From NCBI GenBank assembly GCA_031266115.1, contig JAISBQ010000025.1, positions 1 through 38,334 of the forward strand: DNA of 38,334 nt, in the 5' to 3' direction. Of this stretch, positions 26,602 through 33,900 are shown in pieces. How positions within the stretch are numbered: the first letter of the stretch is position 1; each line of letters opens with the position of its first letter. Source of the DNA: Bifidobacteriaceae bacterium. Lineage in GTDB: Bacteria; Actinomycetota; Actinomycetes; Actinomycetales; WQXJ01. The notes beneath the pieces are model-generated. The model saw only the letters and a list, made by a program, of their open reading frames with translations, was not told where the DNA came from and did no database searches. The translations under genes were made by a program, and so were the position numbers.

Positions 26602-27345
26602 TCAGAGGGGCGCTATCTCCTCAATGAGCTCGGGGTAGTTGTTGCGAACCGAACCCACGGCCCTCGCGACCCGGCGCGGCATCAACGCTGGCGCCGGCAA
26701 GGCGGCAAGAAGCTCGGCGACCTCGTGGCGGTCGGTGAGCGACGGGTCGAGCCACAACCCCACCATGTCCGGGGGGACCACTACGGGCATCCTGTCGTGG
26801 ATGTGCCCCACGGCATCGGCAGCTGGTCTGGTGACGATGGCCACCGAGACGAGCCATTCGCGTCTCACGTCGCCGCCCGCTGGATCGTCGGCCGCCCCAA
26901 CCGTGGACGATGCCGGCCGCCACCATTCGTAAACACCCGCGAATCCCAAGGGGCCGTCATCGTCGGGGGCCAAGTAGTAGGGGACCTTGGGACGGCCGGG
27001 GTCGGCCCGCCATTCGTAGTAGCCCGACGCAGGGACGATGGCGCGGCGGCGCGAGGCCGCGACACGGAAAACCGGCTTGACGGTGACTGTCTCGGATCTC
27101 GCGTTGATCAGCAGCGGACCGCTCGTCGGGTCTCTGGCCCACGGCGGCACCAGCCCCCATCTGGCTGTGCGCGCCACCCGCTCGGGCGGACCGCCGGGGC
27201 TGGGTGCGGCATCGTCGGTCACGACTGCCACCTGCTGCGTAGGAGCGACATTCCAGGAGGGGGCAAGGCTCTCCTCGATTCGATCGATCCCGAACGCCTG
27301 GGCCACGGCCTGGTGCGCGTGGTAATTGGCGTAACGCCCACACAT
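26602..27345 (-). CDS. SOS-response-associated peptidase (SRAP/YedK/HMCES family, abasic-site crosslinking)
   Basis: ORF track 26602..27363 trimmed to ATG 27345 so the protein starts MCGRY (catalytic Cys2). Also seen: WNVAPTQ, WGLVPPWA, NARSETV, SGYYEW, HDRMPVV. Confidence 0.85.
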   Translation of the reverse strand: MCGRYANYHAHQAVAQAFGIDRIEESLAPSWNVAPTQQVAVVTDDAAPSPGGPPERVARTARWGLVPPWARDPTSGPLLINARSETVTVKPVFRVAASRRRAIVPASGYYEWRADPGRPKVPYYLAPDDDGPLGFAGVYEWWRPASSTVGAADDPAGGDVRREWLVSVAIVTRPAADAVGHIHDRMPVVVPPDMVGLWLDPSLTDRHEVAELLAALPAPALMPRRVARAVGSVRNNYPELIEEIAPL

Positions 27346-27359
27346 GAGGCAAGTGTGCC

Positions 27360-27914
27360 TCACATGATGTGGGACAGGGAGCGCGATGCCGCCGCTGATT
27401 CAAGAGCGTCGCGGCCCGCGAGCATGGTGATGCGCCCGTCGGTCCGCGAATACTCGGTGAACCCCATCTCGTCGCACAGTCTGCGCGCCACGTTGTCGCG
27501 GTGGATGCACAGGCTGACGCCCCTCAATCCGCCGGCGGCGGCCACCGACAGCGAACGGGTAAGCAGTTCGCGCCCCAGACCCTGCCGGCGGGCGGCCTTG
27601 CGGACGCAGACGCCAAGTTCGGGAACGTCGTCGGCCACGTAGGCATACCCGTGGTCGGCGGAGGAGAAGAAGCGAAGCCACGTCACACCCACCCAGTGGT
27701 CGGCGAGATGAGCGAGGATGCCGAAGTCCCCGTTTTGCGGCTCTAGGTCGGCATAGGAAGCCAGATGGTGGCCGAAGGCGACGCCCTCGGTGTGGAACAG
27801 GTCCACGTACCAACTCAGGTTGGCCAGGATCGCTTCAAGGAGCACATCGTGGTCAGTAGGCAGCAAAGGTCTGAAGTCAACGCTGATGGCTGTAGGCGCC
27901 TCAGTGCAGGTCAC
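27360..27914 (-). CDS. GNAT-family N-acetyltransferase
   Basis: ORF track (GTG 27914, with GGGGGGA SD 6 nt upstream). The acetyl-CoA motif region is VCVRKAARRQGLGRELLTRSL...LCIHRDNVARRLCDEMGF. Confidence 0.75.
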   Translation of the reverse strand: MTCTEAPTAISVDFRPLLPTDHDVLLEAILANLSWYVDLFHTEGVAFGHHLASYADLEPQNGDFGILAHLADHWVGVTWLRFFSSADHGYAYVADDVPELGVCVRKAARRQGLGRELLTRSLSVAAAGGLRGVSLCIHRDNVARRLCDEMGFTEYSRTDGRITMLAGRDALESAAASRSLSHIM

Positions 27915-28100
27915 GGGTTTCCCCCCTATCCGTGCTTGCGTGGATGGATCAATCCAAGCACCGCCGCCCCGGTGGGTTGCCGGGCAAAGCGTCCCGGGTG
28001 GGGGCGTTCCCCCAGGTCAATGAGGTCAAGATTGGTCTGCCGGCGAGGCCTACGGGCGCCCGCGGCACCAGAGCGGGCGCACATTTTCCCTGGTCAAGGG

Positions 28101-28408
28101 GGCTTTTGTCCTCAGCAGACCGAGGGGAGACTTTCGTCGCGGCCGCTGCCATTGCTCGGCGAGGACGGACTTTCGTCTCAGATCCCGGCCGTCCGGGGCG
28201 CGGGGACGGTGCTTGGTCCTCGGTGACGGGGGCAGCCGCAGCGACGACGTCAATCGACGTTGCCGGGCGCAGACGCCACGCACGACCGCGCACGCGGTCC
28301 ACCCCGGTGGCGCCGGAGTGGACCTTCGTCGGACGTGATGGGAGCGAGCCTAGTGGCGGACTTTGGTCACCCTCGGCGGTGGGTGGCCGAGGCGCTAGGA
28401 CTTTGGTC
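28101..28408 (+). repeat. array of GACTTTSGTC-type 10-mers at about 38-41 bp spacing (5 strong, 2 weak copies)
   Basis: Strong copies: 28129 gactttcgtc; 28168 gactttcgtc; 28321 gaccttcgtc; 28359 gactttggtc; 28399 gactttggtc. Weaker copies: 28101 ggcttttgtc; 28209 gtgcttggtc. Each is preceded by a G-rich stretch. Confidence 0.7.
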
Positions 28409-28483
28409 ATCTGACCCCTGCCGACCGTGGTGCCTGGGATTGGGTCGGGGTCGCGGACCGAACCCTCTCGGTGCCCGTCCTGC

Positions 28484-28598
28484 GAGTGCCAAACCCGTGC
28501 CAACACACCCCCACCACCCGAGTTGGCACGGATCCGGCACACCCCCAGACAATGCCGCACCCCGGCATCTCGCATCACCCCAGGTCACAGCGTCGACC
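28484..28598 (+). repeat. 115-nt direct repeat, copy 1 (hairpins with C-rich loops)
   Basis: Identical to copy 2 at 112/115 positions by my hand alignment. The three substitutions weaken the first stem. Confidence 0.85.
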
Positions 28599-28619
28599 CA
28601 TGTCCGCCCCACCGGACAC

Positions 28620-28734
28620 GAGTGCCAAACCCGTGCCAACACACCCCCACCACCCGTGTTGGCACGGGTCCGGCACACCCCCAGACAATGCCGCACCCCG
28701 GCATCCCGCATCACCCCAGGTCACAGCGTCGACC
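28620..28734 (+). repeat. 115-nt direct repeat, copy 2 (possible structured sRNA or REP-like unit)
   Basis: 13-bp perfect stem cccgtgccaacac (28630-28642) / gtgttggcacggg (28656-28668) with loop ACCCCCACCACCC. This is followed by mutually exclusive stems: cggca (28671-75)/tgccg (28689-93) with loop CACCCCCAGACAA, or atgccg/cggcat with loop CACCC. Confidence 0.85.
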
Positions 28735-28932
28735 AGTTCACCCACTAACGGCGCACCCCGGCGCGGCCCCCAGCCAGCGATCCGATCAGCGAAGTCACAG
28801 TAAGGCGGCACCGCATGATCACGCCTCACCAACTCATCACCCAACTGGACGACCTGCAAGAACGCACGCTTCGCCGGATCAGTAAGCGACCCACGAGGCA
28901 GCGAGCCGGCATGCGGCCAGTAACCTGGCTCG

Positions 28933-29781
28933 ATGACAACCCAGAACACGGACACCGTCGCCGAGGCCGCGCGCTTCTTGCGTTCGCACCGCGATCGGCT
29001 CACGCCCGCCGATGCTGGCCTGCCCCGTTCGGGCCGGCGCCGGCGCCCTGGGCTCCGGCGCGAAGAGGTGGCACACCTGGCCGGCCTCTCGCTCGAGTAT
29101 TACAACCGCATTGAGCGCGGCAACCTATCCGGGGTCTCTGATGCGGTGCTCGCTGGACTCACCGATGCGCTCAGGCTCACCTCATCCGAGACCGTATACC
29201 TCAGCGCGCTCACCCATGCCCAGTCCGGGCATACCGACGGCGCGGCGGTGTCGACACGTCTTCGCCCCCACATACTCCAGTTCCTCGACGCTATCGACCC
29301 GCCGGCGTGGGTCATGAACCACGTGTTCGACGTGCTGGCCGCCAACCGTATGGCGAAGGCAGTACATGAGGAGATGTTCACCAGCACCTGCCAGCCGCCC
29401 AACCCGGTCCGCTTCGCGTTCCTCGACCCAGACGCCGACCGGGCCGCGCTTGACCCGACCGTACATCAAGCGAGGCTGGCGGCTTTGGTGCATGCCGCCT
29501 ACGCTCGCCACAGCGCCGATCCGGCGTTCGCGGCGCTGATCTGCGACCTCATCGCCCAAAGCGAGACGTTTCGGTCCTATTGGGATCGGTACGATGTCGG
29601 CGCTGGCACGTCCGGTGCCATGTTCCTGCGCCACCGGTTGGTGGGCCCCATGACCCTCGACTTCGAGGTTCTCGCGTTTCCCAGCGATCCCGGGCTTGTC
29701 CTCAACGTTCAAACGGCCGCGCCAGGCACGCCCACGGCCACCGCCCTTGCGCGCCTGGCGACCATGCTCGATCCGGCGTGA
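28933..29781 (+). CDS. MmyB-like XRE-family transcriptional regulator (HTH + MLTR ligand-binding domain)
   Basis: MTTQNTDTVAEAARFLRSHRDRLTPADAGLPRSGRRRRPGLRREEVAHLAGLSLEYYNRIERGNLSGVSDAVLAGLTDALRL is the typical N-terminus of the family. About 280 aa. Confidence 0.8.
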   Translation: MTTQNTDTVAEAARFLRSHRDRLTPADAGLPRSGRRRRPGLRREEVAHLAGLSLEYYNRIERGNLSGVSDAVLAGLTDALRLTSSETVYLSALTHAQSGHTDGAAVSTRLRPHILQFLDAIDPPAWVMNHVFDVLAANRMAKAVHEEMFTSTCQPPNPVRFAFLDPDADRAALDPTVHQARLAALVHAAYARHSADPAFAALICDLIAQSETFRSYWDRYDVGAGTSGAMFLRHRLVGPMTLDFEVLAFPSDPGLVLNVQTAAPGTPTATALARLATMLDPA

Positions 29782-29818
29782 AGCGGCATGCCGCCCTTCC
29801 CGTCACGGTCAGTGTGCC

Positions 29819-30709
29819 TCATGGCCGCCCTCGATCGCTGAGGACCCCCCCCCCCCCCATCCGCGCAATCAGGTCACTGACCGCCTCGGCTGTGCCGGTT
29901 CCTGGCGCCGGAACGCGCACCACCAGGTACTGGCCTTGGCTTCCGGTGTCGGCCAGAGTTTCGTTGAGGAAGACCATGCGCCCCCCCAGCGGGTGGTTCA
30001 CGGCGATAACCCGTCGCGGCGAGGACATGACGGGATAGGTCTTCCACCGCTGCGCAAACTCTCGGCTTTGTTCCGTGAGATCCGCGATAGCTGCGGCGAG
30101 GACCGGATCATCGGGGTATTGAGCGGCTCGTGTGTACAGGATCGCGGCGACGATGTCGGCTTCCGCCTCCCAGTCCGGCAGGAAACGGCGGGCGGCCGGA
30201 TCTAGGAACACAAATCGCGCGTTGTTGGGTGGCTGGAGCGGCGAGCCAAACAGCGGACTGAAGGCAGCGCGAGCGGCTTCGTTGGAGGCGATCACATCGG
30301 CCCCGAGGCGCAGCACCATCGCCGGGGCGACCATCGAGTCGACCACCAGTTGAATCTCGGGACGCACGTGGTCTACCGAGGTCCAGGCGCGGTACCGCGC
30401 GGACCGTTGGCCGCGCGCCAATCCCAGCAGATGCCAGCGTTCAGCGGAATCGAGCTTGAGTACCTCAGCTACGGACAACAAGATCTCATCCGACACTCCG
30501 ACCAGGTGGCCCTGCTCCATCCGCGTGTAGTACTGCGTCGAGATCGACGCCAGCATCGCCACCTCGGCGCGTCTGACCCCCACGCGGCGCCGGGATGAGC
30601 CGCCGGCAAGTCCCATGCGATCGGGGTCGAGCCGTCGCCTGCGAGAGCGAAGAAATGCACCGGCTTCATCGCGCAGGATCATGTCAGCGAGTCTAAACCG
30701 GCGGTTCAC
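29819..30709 (-). CDS. MmyB-like XRE-family transcriptional regulator, paralogue of the preceding gene
   Basis: ...AGAFLRSRRRRLDPDRMGLAGGSSRRRVGVRRAEVAMLASISTQYYTRMEQGHLVGVSDEILLSVAEVLKL. Start is GTG 30709 or ATG 30682; neither has a clear SD. Confidence 0.8.
   Translation of the reverse strand: MNRRFRLADMILRDEAGAFLRSRRRRLDPDRMGLAGGSSRRRVGVRRAEVAMLASISTQYYTRMEQGHLVGVSDEILLSVAEVLKLDSAERWHLLGLARGQRSARYRAWTSVDHVRPEIQLVVDSMVAPAMVLRLGADVIASNEAARAAFSPLFGSPLQPPNNARFVFLDPAARRFLPDWEAEADIVAAILYTRAAQYPDDPVLAAAIADLTEQSREFAQRWKTYPVMSSPRRVIAVNHPLGGRMVFLNETLADTGSQGQYLVVRVPAPGTGTAEAVSDLIARMGGGGVLSDRGRP
29845..29858 (-). repeat. homopolymer: 14 consecutive C on the plus strand (G14 on the coding strand)
   Basis: Counted directly: aggaCCCCCC CCCCCCCCat. 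It encodes ...ARM-GGGG-VLSDRGRP* at the 3' end of the second MmyB-like gene. Confidence 0.95.
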
Positions 30710-30864
30710 CGCTGATCCACACCCAAAAACGCGTCATCATTGTTCGAAATCCACCACATTCGCATCAATCGTGGCGAAATTGCTGGAACCCCGGCGATCG
30801 CATGACAGACCGTCCGTCGGGTCACGTCTACCGGCCAGGACACACGCGGACCCCGAGGCACCGA

Positions 30865-30951
30865 GGCGCCCGGCAGGCACGATGTCCGTTGCCCGCCGGG
30901 CGCCTCTCCCCTGCTCGGGAACCCCTGCCATAACGAGAGATATGGGTTCCC
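30865..30951 (-). terminator. two GC-rich hairpins downstream of the multi-esterase stop
   Basis: gggaaccc (30917-30924) pairs with gggttccc (30944-30951), 12 nt after the stop. ggcgcccggc (30865-30874) pairs with gccgggcgcc (30895-30904). Confidence 0.3.
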
Positions 30952-30962
30952 GACGATGATCC

Positions 30963-33900
30963 TTAGGAGACGACCACGGTGTAGACCTTGGTCTTGCCGC
31001 CAGCCTTGACGCTGATCTTGGCTGTGCCGGCCTGCTTGGCGAGCAGGCGCCCAGTCTTGTCAACAGACACCACATCGGGATTAGCGCTGGTGTAGGTGAC
31101 CTTCACCTTGGCCACACGGGCCGGGGAGTAGGTCGGAATCACGGTGCCGCTGTCCCCAACCCGCAGGGTCTTGGGTACGGTGGCGGTGACCTTCTTCACT
31201 GTTGCCGATGGCTTCTTCGCAAGGACCGTGACCTTCAGGGTGGTGTTCTTCGCACCCGCCCTGATGGTGATGGTGGCCTTGCCGGCCTTCTTCGCCGTGA
31301 TCATCCCGGTGGAGCTGACCGTGGCGACCGACTTGGCTGAGGAGGACCATCTCACCGTTGCCTTGGCACCGGTGTCGGTGTAGGCCAGCGCAGCGATCGT
31401 GATCTTCTGTCCCTTGGCCAAGACTACGGCCCGTTGGCCGGCCTTCACCAGCGAGACGGTGGCGACGCTCCCTTCGGGCCCAGTCACCGGAGCCGGTGCC
31501 TGGGCGACCAGTCCGGCCAATGCCTTGGACAGCTGGACGATGGCGGCCTGCGCCTGAGCGGCACCGGCAGCCGGATCTCCACCGATGGCCTTGGCCGCAG
31601 ATAGAACCGTTTGCAAGGCGGCCCACGATTCGGCCGTGTAGCCGCCGGAGACCAGGGATTCCGCCTGCGTGACCACAGACCCCAGGGCTGTCTTGGCAGC
31701 CAGCGTTGCGGCGGCATCGACCACCGGACCTGGATCTACAACCCCCGGCTCCGAGGGAGCCGGACTCGACTGAGTTGGCGCTGGCGTCGGGGCTGGCGCC
31801 AGGGCGGCCAAAGCCGCGTTGAGGGCAGCAAGGGCCGCGTTCAACTCGGCCTGCGTGCTGGCGGGGTTGGCGGTGACCGCCCTAGCCCCAGTCAGCGCGG
31901 CTTGCAGAGCCGCCCAGGTCGCCTGCGAGTAGCTCTCAGCTCGCAGCGTGGACACACCAGTCACCAGGGCGCTCAGTGGCCCACTATCGCCGGCCCCGCT
32001 GCCCGGAGGAGCGGTGGGCGCCGGGATCAGACCGGCAATCGCCCCACTGAGAGCAGCGGCAGCAGCGTCGATGTCGCCCTGAGTCGCGTTCGGATTAGAC
32101 AGCGCCGCCTGGGCGGAACTCACCGCTCCTTGCAACGCGGCCCACGAGGCCTGGGTGTAGAGGTCCTCATTCAGCGCACCTGCGACATTCGCCAATGCCT
32201 CCAACGCCTGGCTCGTCACCGGTGTAGTGGGTTGGTCTGGTGTGTCTTTGAAGGCGTGGTTGCGGATGAAGTCGTTGAGGCTTTGACGCCACACGGCCCA
32301 GGCGTGGACTCCGGGAACATAATATTCGGCGATGTCGAGCCCTGGCACAGCGGCCTCATACTCGGCCGCACGGACCGGCATGGTCAGTCCAGCATTCTCG
32401 TTCAACCCAGCAGAGAACTGGATCCCACCCAGCCCGCGAATCTTCGCGACCTGGTCCGCAGTCAGATCCGGTGCGCTACCACCCGAGGACCAGATACCAA
32501 AGTACCCGAACTCCTCGGCCTGGCTCAACAAAATATTGAACGCACGCGACCCACCAGCCGACAGACCAGCAAACGCCCTGTCCGCCGGATCAGTGGACAC
32601 GTTGTACGCAGCCTCGATAGCTGGGATCACACGACCGATCAGATCAGCCCGGTAACCATCGTTCCCGTTCGGCAGACCGTTGAAGTTGGTCATCACCACC
32701 ACCATCGGAGCAGCCTCACCAGCATTGATCGCGTTATCCAAGATCACGTTCGCACGACCCTGAGCAGCCCAATCAGTCTCGTTACCGCCACCACCATGAG
32801 ACAAATACAAGGTGGGATACGGCTCCACACGATCCGGATCATACCCCGGCGGGGTATACACCACAGCCTGATGAGAACCAACCGGGCTCGTCGACTCCGG
32901 CGAGAAATACCTCAACGCCGTCAACACACCCTTCGGACCCACACGCACAGCCTGATACGAATAGTCCTCACTCGAGAACTCAGGATCCGTCGGCACATAC
33001 ACCTGAGACATCACCTGCGTCGTCGCACCAGCCGCCTGCGGAACATCACCATTCGCCCACGGCACATTCGACGGATCCGCGATCCGACAACTGAGCGTCC
33101 GGGCCGGACAATCCACATACAACCCATACGAGAACACACCCGGCGGCAACGGGACCGTATACGTCCACACACCATCACCATCCGGATCCGTCATCGACGC
33201 CCACCACCACGACCCACCAGCCGGAATCTCACCAGGAACCCAACCGTTCCCATCATGCGACGGAGCCAAACTCGTCCCATCAGCCTGCGTGAACGCCCAC
33301 TCACCATAAATCTCCACCTGGTCAGCACCCGGAGCATAAAGCCTCACCGTCACCTCATACCCCGTCGGACCCACACCCGTATGAGACACCACAGGCGTCG
33401 TCACCGGTGCCACCGGCGCGGTGGGCGCACCCTGGAACACCACGTTCCGGATGAAGTCGTTGAGGTCTTGGCGCCAGACATCCCACGAGTGAATGCCGTG
33501 AACATTCCATTCGACCACGGGCACACCATGCTCGGCGTAATCGGCAGCGCGCAGGTAGGACTGCTCGTTGATCGGATAGTTCTGCCAATCCTCGGTACCG
33601 GTCGAAATGTGTACGGCGGTGACCTGCGTCATCGCCGACCACTGGTTGTCGGCTGGTGGAGCGTAGAAGCCACCACCCGACCAGATGCCGTAGTACTCGA
33701 ACAGCGACGCCTGCTCGTGGAGCGCCATCGCGGTCCGGGCACCTCCAGCGGACAGGCCGGCCATCGCGCGATCGTCAGGAGACGTCGAGACGTTGTACCG
33801 CGCCTCAATCAGCGGGATGACATTGTCGCGGATCTCCTGGTAGAGCCCGGAGTTGCCGTTGGGCAGACCGTTGAAGTTCGGCATGACGACAACCATCGGT

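Noticed and set aside
27932-28714. ORFs spanning the repeat-rich non-coding region: 27932..28414 (+) at 160 aa with recurring xTFV; 27949..28578 (-) at 209 aa with recurring TKV; and 28367..28714 (-).
   Set aside because: My count of third-position GC for the plus ORF is about 68%, no higher than bulk GC, whereas real genes here are much higher. The repeated motif lands in different frames between copies. The duplicated MMRDAGVRHC starts simply reflect the 115-nt DNA duplication.
28101-28734. A possible CRISPR array.
   Set aside because: The 115-nt units occur only twice with a 21-nt spacer, which is the wrong geometry. The 10-nt motifs are far too short and degenerate to be CRISPR repeats. 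There are no cas genes in the window.
1664-28734. The same 136-bp copy-to-copy spacing in both repeat loci (palindromes at 1664/1800; 115-nt repeats at 28484/28620).
   Set aside because: I could find no sequence similarity between the two repeat families, so I treat the spacing as coincidence.
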